A program made the position numbers and the translations under genes. Shown here in pieces: positions 24,590-37,444 of a stretch of 64,000 bases of DNA; position 1 is the stretch's first letter; each line of letters starts with the position of its first letter. A model generated the notes under the pieces. The model had not been told where the DNA came from. It saw nothing but the letters and a program-made list of their open reading frames with translations, and searched no databases. This DNA is from Podarcis erhardii (lineage: Eukaryota): the NCBI GenBank assembly GCA_964252035.1, contig OZ176208.1; one strand, 5' to 3'.

Positions 24590-27500
24590 GGTAAATGTAT
24601 TATAATCGAGATAAAATGCCACATTAGTTTTACCACTACTCTGTGGTAAACAATGTATGTAAACAATACTCTGAAACAATATGCACAAATTTATATTAGA
24701 TGTAAGCCTTTTTATGAATCCTTTGGTGGAAGCAGCCTTGGCTACAAACTACACGATGAATGAATAAGATATATTTTTTCAGATGCATGTTGCAACTGAT
24801 ATATCAACAAGCTATATTTCCATTAAGGAAAAAATCTGATATTCAGACTACATCATGACTAGTAGTCACAATATAGCCTTCTGATCCATGATTTTTTCCA
24901 ATCTTCTTTTCTTATTATAGAATCCTATAATAAAGCTAAGTGTCTTCTTTTTCTTGTCCAGCTTGTCAAATATGGGGGTTTCACAATAATACTATTTCAA
25001 AATTTAAGCAAGTGTTTAAGTAGGTTGAAGTCCTCACATTATTTCAAATTGCTGTACTTATTTTCAGCATTTTCAGAGTTGAACAACTTATTTTCAGCAT
25101 TGTATATGAATACTTTCTATTAATATCACCAGCTGCTGCTTCTTTTAGCAGGGCTCTTAGCATTAATAGCTTCATGGCTTCTTCTTGTTGTTGTTTTAAA
25201 AGCTGTTGAAAATCTTCCTGCCTCAGTTTGTAGAGGCCTTCAACTAAAGAAGTTGGCAAAACTATTGTCCCTTAGCAGGAGACACACACTTAAACAAAAA
25301 GTGACTGACAGACTAAATCAGACTAAATTGCTTGGCTAAATGCATTGTTGTAAGTTAACTTGTGCCCATTTAGAGGTGTCAGAAACATGGAGTTTGGCTT
25401 TGAGCCCTTCTGTGTGTTTGCATAGTAGGCATTAATCATTATACTCATTACCAGGGTTAACTGACCACTTCCGAGCAATAGTGAAAATTGAGGTCATCAG
25501 TCTTTCTTGTTAAACCAGAAAGAGAGATCTCTCTCACATTATATTAATCATTAGCTCACAAATTGTGCAACATTTATACTTGATTTTCTTCTGCTAGGAA
25601 CAAACTTTATCTTCTTTTTCTTCCCTCCACCTTATATATGTCTATCTATAAATGCCATCTTAATTATGGTGGGTTAACCTCTGTCACATCTACATAACAA
25701 ATAATAATAATAAATGAACTCGTTACCTAATTGAAGTACAAGCACTTGTTCTAGACATCAGTATTCATTAAGTCCTACTGCCAGATTCAATAGCTGTAGC
25801 TGGAATTGGTCAGTGTGATTTCCTGATTTGAAGCAACATTTTTATGGAGATCGTTACTTCTACACTTCTTTTGTATTTTTACTTCTTTGTGTGTGATCAA
25901 CTTGTGTTACAGTATCAGTGTCTCAGTTTGGAATGTCTCAGTTTCATTTGGAACGAAGTTTGATGAATGGAACAGTTAAACATCAGGACCAACAAAATGA
26001 GCAGATTAGTCAAAGAACATGATACTTCCTTTTAAATTATTTCTATGAGAGGCCTTGAAACAATGCTCATTGCCTTACTACCATGAAGAAGATTAATCTC
26101 TTAAAGCTGAGATTTCCCAACATCTGAAGTACTGAGGCAATCAAAAAATAATCTGAAAGTTGACTTTTAAAGTGCTTTCAGTACCCTTGGTTATTAGATA
26201 GGAGAGCAATAGATATTTCATAACTAATATTTGTTCATGTTCCTGGGTTTTTTAAAAAACAAAAACACCCTCTTGTTTCATTGACAATTTTAGGAAACGG
26301 CCTTGTATGAAATGAAGTAAGGACATAAACTCTTTGTGAATGAGATATTGTTTAAAATCGAGAACTTTTCCAAGCAAGTGGAGAATTGCTATATATTTAA
26401 ACAGGTTTTTGTTTGTTTGTTACATTTTCTGTTTAGCTGGCCTTTGCATGATTTGAGTTTGGCACCGTATTTTAGGGGTTATTAAAAATTCTGTAATGCG
26501 GTGGAGTTTTTGTGTTGGCATAAGGAGTGGAGCCAAAGAATTGGAATGTGATTGTTGTTCCATACATTTCCTGCATCTTCTGTTGTTTCAGCAATACTTG
26601 GCAAACAGAAAAACTAAGAGCAGCCTGTAGAACATTATTATTTAGTCTAAGAAACTAACACACTCTTGAGCTGCGATAAGCATGCCTGTGTTGGGGGGAA
26701 TTATCTAGGACTGATGATGACAAATAAATGGATTAAAAGGAAGACAGAAGTCTTAGTAAAAATGCTCACTTCTTTCTTTGAGGTTTCTTTGATGGTCTAA
26801 GCATATATTGCTTGTATGGAAACAGTAGAAAGGCAATGAGTAATTACATATGCAAGTACTGCTGTTTAATATTTACTTAATGCCAGAACTGTTTAAGGCA
26901 TTGCAGTGATATGAACCATGCCCTGGAGGCTTATGTGGCACCCCAGACATAACAACATGCTAAACATACTTTCTTTCTTAGGATAATGGCATTCCAAGTG
27001 ATAGAAAGTGACGGATTTCATTTGCAAATAGAATAACTTTGATTCCTCACTTTTCCTTGCTCACCTGCTTTAGTGCATTTGCATAGGAATACTTTAAGTA
27101 TTGTAATAATCCCTGTGCAGTATTGTAGAAAAGCAATTTCATTCTGTTTCTGTATGTGCAATATGTTACAATTGACCTTTCTGGATTTGGGGCTCTTCAT
27201 TTTATAGGCATTAGAAACTGTGATTTATTTATTTTTTTAAACCCTACAAAACTCCACTACAGAAATTATGCCTTTTAAAGTGTGTCATGTCTCTCCCCCA
27301 CCCCCCAATGTTGGTTTTGGCTACTTTCCAGCTTTGAAAACCTCACACTGCTTCAAGAGTGTACATAAGTGGGAACATACTAATCAGTTATATGAAATAT
27401 TTTACTACGTTTCATTATAATCTACTTACTAAAGTGGAAAAACCTTTTTAGCACGCTAAATTCATTTGCTCTAATTTTTGTTTGATTTAGTGCATGTGGC

Positions 27501-27603
27501 ATTTTCAAACACACCTCTTACAGAGCTAATTTTATCTGGTTCACAGCCATACTAAGAGAAATTCTTGATTACCACCATATTTTAAATCAGAATGCATTTT
27601 ATG

Positions 27604-28060
27604 CAGTGCCGGATTTACGTATAAGCTAAACAAGCTATAGCTTAGGGCCCCCTCTCTTGGGGGCCCCAAAAAAATTTAAAGGAAAAAAACCTGGATGTAC
27701 ATTTCCAAAATATAAGATAAAAAACAAATACAATAAAACCTACATACAGCAACAGTGTTTTATTTTGTGTTGTGTAGGCTTTTGTGATGTAAGTAGTGGG
27801 CCCCACCTGCTAGCCTGCTCCCTAAAAGATCACTGGTTTGCTCATTTCTATATATAGGGTGCCTACATTCTGCATGGACTGGTTGTATGGCAACATGTGC
27901 AAATGGCTTTAGATACCTATTAGGTCCATAAATTACCATATAGCATATATTCAACACAAAAAACAGTGACAATTTGTTGTTGACAAAGGACAGCTGGACA
28001 TATAAAAGGCTCCATTACCTTCAGTAGCTTAGGGTCTCCTCAAACCTAAATCTGGCCCCG
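27604..28060. mobile_element. hAT-family non-autonomous transposon, 457 bp
   Basis: TIR CAGTGCCGGATTTA / TAAATCTGGCCCCG; 8-bp TSD ATTTTATG (27596-603) / ATTTTATT (28061-68). Confidence 0.85.
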
Positions 28061-28139
28061 ATTTTATTGAATATTTAAAAACATATGTTTAAAAAGAGGA
28101 TTGTGGTGTTGCCATAGCAGAACCCTTCACTTTAGGCTT

Positions 28140-28285
28140 CAGAATACCAGTTGCCAGAAACCAAGGGAGGGGACTGTGCTCTTGTGCTCAGGTCCTGCAT
28201 CTTGGCTTCCCATAAGCACCTGTTTGGCCACTGTGAGAACAAGATGCTGGACTAGGTGGGTTGCTGCCCCATCTAGAAGGTTCTC
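28140..28285 (+). mobile_element. CR1-like 3' tail / SINE fragment
   Basis: ggccactgtgagaacaagatgctggactaggtggg...tccttatgttcttac; related copies at about 35790-35890 (-) and 52890-53015 (+). Confidence 0.55.
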
Positions 28286-28804
28286 CTTATGTTCTTACAT
28301 GAGTTAATGATTTGGTGATGCTGACATTTTTTGTCAAAACTGCAAGTCAGGACCCCTGAAGTTGGTAGGTCCCAAGGCTCTAATGCTGGTAACATGCTTG
28401 GGCTGGAGAGTTCCAGTGTCTTAACCAATACCTTTCCATTCACTTCATTCTCAGGAATGGGTCCACATGCAACCTCTGTTGTACACACAGAGCTCTCTGT
28501 GACACTGAAGTGAATGGGGAAAGCTGTGATCATGCAGGAGTCTCTTTGTCTGATATGAATTGCAATAGCACATGCTTGAGATAACTAAACATAGTGACTC
28601 CCCCCCCCTCAACCATTTTATTGAAAAAGTTTTCACTGATAACAATGAACCCAAATCCCCCATCCCACTCTATCAGGTAAAGTGCAATCACAAAATCAAA
28701 TATGTAAGCTCGTCTTCCCTCACTTTTCCCTGCGCTCTTAGGATTATGGCAAATATTTGGATAAAACTGGTGAAGGGGACTACTCTTTTGCATTCATAAT
28801 AGAG

Positions 28805-29090
28805 AGACCAAGGTGATCCAATGCATGGCCCAAGGGCAGCATGCGGCCCTCGAGGCCTTTTTTAGTGGCCCTCGGCAACATTTGACATGCCCCACTCCCG
28901 TCTTCACACTGCCTTCCCAAAGCTGGGTAGTGCTTTCCTCACTTTCAGAAGGATGTGGGAGGGCTCTTGGACCCTGCCAGAGTCTCACATCTCCTTTCCA
29001 AAGCCCTGTAACTCACTTATCCAGCTTTGGGAAAGCAGCATGAGAGCTAGGGTGGACGGGTGCCAAATTTGGGTCTCACTCCCTGCCCCC
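28805..29090 (+). mobile_element. Degraded hAT (Charlie-like) element
   Basis: catggcccaagggcagcatgcggccctcgaggcc subterminal motif; reverse-complement homolog of 5150-5487. Confidence 0.55.
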
Positions 29091-30989
29091 CATGCAAAAA
29101 GGCAGTGTGTAACCCATGGGTTCCTTGTCAAAATACTCTTGCAGTCCAGTTGGTATGAAAAATCGGACCACTCTAAGATAGACTATGGTAAATTGTTGTT
29201 TCTTCCTCTTTCAGTATATGCTTCTGATGGTGATGAGAAGGAAGCTCAGGGCGGTAGTCCTACTGAATATACTTGTCCAAAGAGTGTGACCTTTTCTGTA
29301 TGATGTTAAACATCAAGCACTCTTGAAATGAGGCCCTGAATAACAAACGTTGCTTTGCTTTCCCATTTTGCTTCTCTTGAGTTTCATCATTAAGTCTGCT
29401 GAATTATGTTGTTGAATTCAAACCTTCCTTCTCCACCCGGTTGCTTCTGTGCTCACTCAACAGTGTTCGCTCACAAGAAGCTCCCTGTTTGCCTCAAAGC
29501 AAGATGCATTTCTGTATGCATTCTTGGGTGCGACAAAAGTTCTTCCATTCATTTAAGAAATCCCATTGTGGTGGAGCTCATCCAATGCACCTGTATCTAT
29601 GGAGGCAGCCTATGAAATACATTGAGGCCACCATAATAGAGCTGCTGTTGAATTGAAAATAGACCTCCCATTTTGGAATTCAGTGTAGACTTCTAAAATT
29701 TAAATGTTCTGACGAATGTATGCTAGAAACACTACAAATAACTTCCTGTATCTCTTGAACCATCCAAAGGAACAAGATAAAACCAGCATTTATCTTTCTG
29801 ATAAAGTTACCCTAAATAAACAGAGTCCTTTTTTAGGCCTCATTAGGACTTGAAGCAAAGTTAAAGACATGCTTTGAAAGTCACCTTCAGCATAATAAGG
29901 CTTCCTTTTTTTAATATGCATTTTGAACCCCCAATATAGTTGATGTGCCTCCAATTATTACATTATTGGCAACCTGTAAAAAATCATCCATCTTAAATCA
30001 CTAGATCAGCAGATAGATGGATTTACCGGAGTATTTTAGTGGCACTGTTTAAGTATAATTGTTTCATAATCTACACAAAAGAAACAGAGGTTAAATGAAT
30101 ATTTGGAGCATGTTGAAAGACACATGCAAAAGAAGGAAAAACATCTACAAGGCCTGCTGAGAAAACTGTAACAGCATAATTGTAGAAAATAGGAGGGAGG
30201 GAGCAAAGGAAGGAAGAAGGGGGCAAATACATATTAGAACAGAGATACAGAACAATCATGTGTTTGTTGTAATCTGATAATGGAATGGGCAGAATGATCT
30301 ATGAAAGATAAAGCAGGAGACGCAATGCCTTTTAATTGAAATTTTTTATTTTGTTTTGTTAAAGTTTAACATATCCTGTTTATCAAACATTCATTGTTAA
30401 CATAAATGGCCTCCCCTTCAGTATTTGTACAGATTATTCTAGCAGTTCTGTTCATTTAGCTCAGAGTATCGCCTGCTTTCTTCCTTCGCGTCCCTTTTGA
30501 AGGGAATATAGGAAAAATCTTTGTAGCTGAAAGTGCACAAGCATTTTGAGCTTCACAGGCATATTTGTCTTGTCTATGAGAAGAGGTGAAAGAGGCAACA
30601 GGGCAGGGGCAGGCAAAGAAGAAAAGAAATAGGAATATCCACTAAAGATAAAAGATACGTGAATCTATAAAGTCCGACATATGCTAGCCCTATGAAAGCA
30701 TATTAAGTTATTGGCTCCTTTTGCTGAATGTAATGGACGGAAACAGTGTTTTTCCCCACTTCCTAGCATACTGCCTCTCATTGGTTTTCACATCTTCCCA
30801 GTGGGAATAGATAATGCTATGTTACATCTTCTAAAGTACACAGGAGTGTTAATTAGTGTAAAGTGGTTGTGTAGTATTGTCAGTTTCAATATATTAACCA
30901 TATCGGAGATCTGAAGTACTGAACTTTCTTGTTTATATGCATAATTACTTAGGTATCCATTTAATTGAGGTTTTTTTGGCACTGGCTGC

Positions 30990-31260
30990 CAATTAGCATC
31001 CAGGCCTAATTCAGAGCACCGGTTTTGACCTATAAAGCCTTAAGCAGTTCAGGGCCGCAATACCTCAAGGACAGCCCCTCCTCATATTGCCTGCCCTGGG
31101 CCCTGCGCTCATCATCTGAGGCCCTTCTTCATGTGCCCACTCCACAAGAGGTCTGGAGCATGGCAGCATGAAAACGGGCCATTTCTGTGATGATTCACTG
31201 TTTGTGGAATGCTGTCTCCAAGGAGGTTTTCCTGGTGTTCTCATTACATATCTTTCTTTG
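30990..31260 (+). mobile_element. Degraded L2 ORF2 C-terminal fragment
   Basis: gttttgacctataaagccttaagcagttcagggccgcaatacctcaaggac reads VLTYKALSSSGPQYLKD; ttgtggaatgct (LWNA) follows. Confidence 0.65.
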
Positions 31261-31618
31261 TGAAAACAAAATTATATGAAATAAAATCCCACCACACTGA
31301 ATAGAAATGATCAGCATGAGAGGAGGTGTAATTTATGTGTCATTTTTTCTTTCAATAACTAAATTCAAAATAGAACTTGGTTCAAGTGGTTAGTGCATCT
31401 TTCTAAATGAAGAATAGGAGAGATCTATGAGACTAAGGGTTTTGAGCCAATGATGGTTGAACCCTATTGAGCTAGTCCTCTTTGCCCGGGACATTTTATT
31501 CATGCTTAGAACATGGTGAAAGAGAGCTGGATGGGCATATTGGAAATGTGCATATATCTCCCAGTGCTTATTATTTATTTGCTTGTTTTATGCATTTGTA
31601 CTTCCCTTCATCGATAGG

Positions 31619-31691
31619 AAGAGCTGTAGCTCAATGGTAGAACATCTGCTTTGCATGCAGACGGTCCCAGGTTCAGTCCTCGTCATCTCCA
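31619..31691 (+). mobile_element. tRNA-Ala(TGC)-like SINE head (truncated Squam2-like) or tRNA pseudogene
   Basis: gctgtagctcaatggtagaacatctgctttgcatgcagacggtcccaggttcagtcctcgtcatctcca has A and B boxes but a mispaired acceptor stem. Confidence 0.7.
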
Positions 31692-33496
31692 GCTGTATAA
31701 TTTTTATTGAATGAATGAATGAATATGCCTGATGGTCTCTTGTTCTGCCTGTATATGTACCTCTGTGTGTATGTACACATAGAACTAAGGTGGGAAACAC
31801 TTCCCTATCTTAATACTCTTTGTAGAGATGCTACACCAATGTTGCGAGTGTACACTTTTGAACCGCCCTTGGGATGCAATTAGAAAAGAAGCCAGATAAT
31901 ATCATGTTAAACCACTTTGTAGTAATATTAGACAATGCCACTTTTATAAAAGAATATTTGCAGAAATAGTATCTTGGGGAGAAGATTGTTTCTAAAAATT
32001 AAAGTGGAAACTCTAGATGGTATAGAGAGTTGGAAGACTGAAGATGTGAAGTCAATGTGCATACTAATTATTATGAAATATCTAATTTACTTGGGAAAAT
32101 GAGCCATATTCCTTTTGTGCCTTGCTTAAACATTTGCTTTTCTCCTTTTAATTGTGTTATTTTAACATGTGCTTCAACAGAAAGGTGAGGAGTAGAAAAA
32201 ATTATGAAACGGGGAATTAAAGTACTGTAATGAGCAACTGATCTCTCCATCGTTGATAAAGATACTTTGGCTGCAGTTCCCAGTCCACTTACTTGAGAAT
32301 AGTTCCATTTAGTCAGCAAAATAATAGAAGCCACGATATGGAAGGAGGAAACAGCAGAGATATTCAGACTAAAGCGAAAGTTAGAATAAGAGAGAAGCAG
32401 AGATAATGGATTAAAAAAAGGAGAAAGAACACTGAAGATAAAATAAGTAGTAGAAGCAATCTAGGTCAGCAAAGAAAGATGAAATAAATGGTATAATCCA
32501 CCAGAAACTTGTGCAAGCCCTAAGTAAATTGTGCTCGACCATTTTAGAAAGAAAATAACCTTAAAAGAAATGACAAAGTAGTTGATTGAACTGAATGGGT
32601 GGGAAATATTATCACATGGTTTTAATGCAAGGGGGAAGTATATTAAGGTTGCATACGTATACACACTCTGGAATTAACTTGTGAGCATAGGTGCATGAGG
32701 CACAGTGTGAGGGTTCAGGTTTTTGGAGCCTGGTGTGTTTACTCAGATGGTGTGAACATTGTGCCTTGATGACTCAAAATAGGTGTAGTTGTTGGTTGGT
32801 TAATTAATTTACCGCTTAATGCCAAAATAGTCTTTTAAGTGATTTACAAAATATTTTTTAAAAATTACACATTATAAAATACACCATAAAACAATCCCAT
32901 TAAAACATTAAAACCTTTAATCATTAAAGTTGGTGGTTAAAATATGCAATAAAATAATCCTCAGGTACACTGTGTCATGTATTTTCTCTAGGGTCCTCAG
33001 GTCTCTTGATTTAATTATCTCTTTAGCTTGTTTAGCAACATGAAGTTGTTTCTGGTTATGGCCACATTGTTGCTGATGTTCCTCTTTGTTTATAAAAATA
33101 ACTAATGATTATGGATGTGATTTCCTTCTACAATCCCAGGTGAGCTCTTGTTTAGGGGAGACTAAGCATCTCACCAGAAAAGGATGGCTTCTCAGGACAA
33201 GAGGGAAAGCAAATGGCTGATAATTCCAAGAGAGGTTAATCCAATAGCAGAGAAATGGATCAAAGAATATGGAAGGCGGTGTGACAAAGCTGGGAAATGA
33301 ATAAATGGGTTAACCTTGAATTAGACTACCTGTGACCTGACAGTTCAGTGCTCAGGTGCACTGAGTCCTATGCTAGCACAGTGAAAATGATCAGTGTGCA
33401 GGGAAAATGTTGATTATGAAAATACATTGCATGGAGACAGACTTTAAATTATGGGAGTATGAAAATCAGTTTGTGTGTGCAGGCACACATTTGCGA

Positions 33497-33538
<42 letters not shown>
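33497..33538. repeat. Compound (GT)9(GA)12 microsatellite
   Basis: Direct reading. Confidence 0.9.
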
Positions 33539-33539
<1 letters not shown>

Positions 33540-36500
33540 TTTGTGTGTGTGATCGCATCATCTTGCTATTTTTTTCTTGATTTTAAAACATTCTTCTCTT
33601 TTTTCTTGAACAGACCTCTGGAAATTTACATTTGTTCATGACACAGCTGTGCAGGCTCTGATTCCTTTAAATCTGTGTGCTGCAACTCAGTAATTCCCAA
33701 CCCCTCTCCCTCCCCTAAAAAAAAAAACAAAACTAAAATAAACTTTGCAAGCTTCTGGCACACCCTTGATCTACTTTTTGTAAATTACAATTAATTATAT
33801 TACTGTACATACACCTGAGCAATACAGGCCATTATTTATTAGTTTACTGTTGCTACTGCATAGTCAGAATGCACTGGTTTAAACAGAATTGGGGAAGTTA
33901 ATTATCACAAGCTTTAGTTTGCTCTAATAATAAGTAACCAGTTATGGAGAGAAACTGAACATAGGTGTAATATTTTATTAAGTGGTAGGAATTTGGGCAT
34001 GTAGTTGAATTTGCATTGCAGAATTTCGAGGGACTGCCCTAATCTGTTTCCCGGGTTGTTCCAACCAGTTCAAGAGCAGTAAAACAAGGTTATGTAATTG
34101 ACATGTGATGTAGCCTAAAATAGTGAGTGCAAACATAGGCTGCTGTTGCTGGGCAGTTGGCAACTGCTTTGAAAAAAAACCCTGTTCACTGTATAAGAGA
34201 GAACATTTTAAAATCAAAACGTATAGCTCAGTTTTAAAAATCTCACAAAATGGAAAAGTTTGTGGACCCCCCCCCCCCTCCCCCAGTAAAATACAGTGAG
34301 GTTTTTTTAAAAGCTTGAAACAACTGATGTTGTCAATTGTGCTTTGTTTTAAAAATGATGAGTATTAATATTGAAAGAGAGAAATGGCATGATGCCTGTG
34401 TGCCTATCTGTCTATGTTTTAAAACATATCACTTGCTGAGGGTGGGCTTGCGTTGTACCTAATACTGTTAAAGTGAAATATTATTTAGCAGTCATGTTTC
34501 ACCACTTAGGAGATTGCAGGCATGCAGTGATATAACAGCACTGATTTAAGTAAGTGAGGTATTGACTTGAAAGCTGCTAGGAAAAGTTGTATTTCACATG
34601 CAACTGGGTGAGTCGAAAGGAAAGCCTGCTGCTGAATTATATGATTTTTGTTCTGCAGCAGTAAAGACTGCTTCACTGAGCTTAAGGCAGAGAGGGGCAG
34701 ATCCCTCCACTACAGAGAAAGGCCTGTTTGAGAGCTAGATTTCCAAGAGATGCGTCCTCCCTGCCCCCAGTCGCCTTTTCCTCATTGATTTTCCACAGCA
34801 TATTTTCATTCCATTCCACTGGGCAAATAATTAAAACAGCCAGTTTCAGAAGTGAAACGAGACCCAAAATAAGTATGTGAAGTTAATGTAGCCAAGGGGC
34901 TGTTAATAATGTTTATTTATGAGCATGAAGCAAGCTTATGAATGTGAAGAAAGAATCTGGCCTTGGTTCCATCCCTCTGTAAGTTAGGAAGAACAATCTG
35001 TGGAACTGAGTTTTCTTAAAGCCCAAATGAAAAATCACACAGGTATGCATGGCATCATTTCATTACATTGGTATCATCAGAATAAAACCCCTTTTTTAAA
35101 GTTCAACACCCATTTTAGGGATGTACTAGGACCTAGGTAATATATTCCCAAAGTCCAAATTACTTAATTAGCACAATATGCAGAAACATTAACCCAGCTC
35201 TGAAAACTCTACATTCTGTAGCCATTTTGTCAAGCCACATCGCGGCTATTAACACATACCAAAAGCAATTCATTCAGCATAAGGAGCAGTGGATTTTATA
35301 TCCTGATTATCGGCTGTTGTGTGACTGCCTGTGTTGTGGTTGTCATTCACTCGGTCCACTCAAGGGTGATGTGGATTTTGCTGCAAGGGATGGGAAGGCA
35401 GGGAAATTAGGCTGCTATGCTTCGTATTTGATTTATTGCAACATGAAAGGCTACTTCCCAACAGCCTTGTTTCAAAGTTTCTCATGGGCCTGTTGGAAGG
35501 TTAGATTTGATTACTTTGTGTCGTTAAAATGAACATATCATAAAAAGTGCATGGGTAGATGGCATGTTGCATTTTAACAGTTCAAATAAATTCAGTTTTT
35601 TGAAAATTGCCCCCTAAAACATACAAGTGTGGGGGGAAACACAGTACAAACCAAACCTGACTGTTTCTTTTAAGCAAGAGCAGAGTTCTTAATTGCTCAT
35701 CTGAGAAAACCTGGTCCGTAAATTTTGAATAACGTACCTGACCAGCTTTGTGGTTCTGGTGCAAAGAAAGGGTCCTCTTTGGCTGATGTGAACATAAGAA
35801 CATTCAATCTGGATCAGACCAAAAGTCCTTTCTAGTTCAGTATCCTATTCTTGCAGTGGCCAACCAGGTGCTTAGGGGAAGCCCCCAAACCAAATATAAA
35901 CACAACAGCCCCCTCCTGCTTTTTCCCAGTAACTCCTTTGGTAACTTCTTTCCTTGGTAGGCATAGTACATTCAGAGGGTTGTACGCCATGTGTCCCTTG
36001 CACCAATGGATGGGCACCTTTGTGCAAGTGACTATGGATCCAGCACAGACTGCTGTTTGAGGGTGGGGGGTGTATTGCTGGTGCCTCTGCATCACCTGCT
36101 TCTGCATCACTTCCCATACTGTTGTGGTGGAGGATCCCCAAACCCTACAGTGTTTTCCTTCAGGGAAGGAAAAATCAGAAACTCATACCTGCATTCCTCT
36201 AGCTGGAGCATACCACATGTTGAGTTCCAACCCAGGGCATGCAATATGGCTGAATTTTGTAAACTGGGCTTTTACCTTTTGCAGGTGGGACTTGATTAGC
36301 AACAACACAACTATTTATTTATTTTGCAATATTAGGGTGATTCCATTAGCCTCAATTTCTTCTGTAGTGAATGATTACTGTGCTTATTTTGATCACCTTT
36401 GGTAAAACTCCAAAAGACTTTGGTCAGCATGAATGTGACTCTTCTCACACGCATGCACAACACACACAGGCACACTCCCTAGTCTTCAGCTGATCCATTT

Positions 36501-37177
36501 AGATCAGCTGAAGAGGACACATAAAACACACAGGGGACAGACAGACAGACACACTCTCACACTCACGGATCAGCACTTCCTTTTTGCTTATCAGATCACT
36601 CATCTGATGAGTGAGGGCACTGGCACTGGACTAAGCAGAGAAACTGAAACCTCTGTGCCTGACCCAGCACCACGATGAGGATAAAAAATGCACCACCTCT
36701 GCTGCTGGCGCTCTGTATTTTCCTCCTCAGTGGTAGTGCCGCCACCAGAAAATTAGATCAGGGACTGCCAGACCACCAGGGAAAGCTTTCTAAACTAGAT
36801 CAAGCCTGCAAGCCAGCAGTTCACCACCCCTGATTTAAGCTTTAATTGAACTCTCACTAGCCAAGCTTTTCGCATGTCTTTTGCCATTTTGACCCCATTT
36901 TGTACAGTTTGCCCTCTGTATCCTTGTGTTTATAAACCTGTTAACTCAGAATAATGCTTTTTTGCATTTGATAAAGTGAATTCTAGTCCATGAAAGCTGG
37001 AACTCTGGACTATATATAATGTGTATTAGCCTTTATGGCACTACAAAGGTCTCTGTTGTTTTTGCTACCTCTTTGGAAGTTTTTGCTAAAGAAGTAACTT
37101 TCCTGATTTTATGCTCTTCATTTATGAATTCTATTCTGCTCTCTTGGGTATCGTGCTGGAGGGCTCTTTTCTTTTAA

Positions 37178-37444
<267 letters not shown>

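Noticed and set aside
31619-31691. Functional tRNA-Ala(TGC) gene
   Set aside because: The acceptor stem has two mismatches, and the sequence matches the heads of the SINE copies at 2648, 6513 and 49448.
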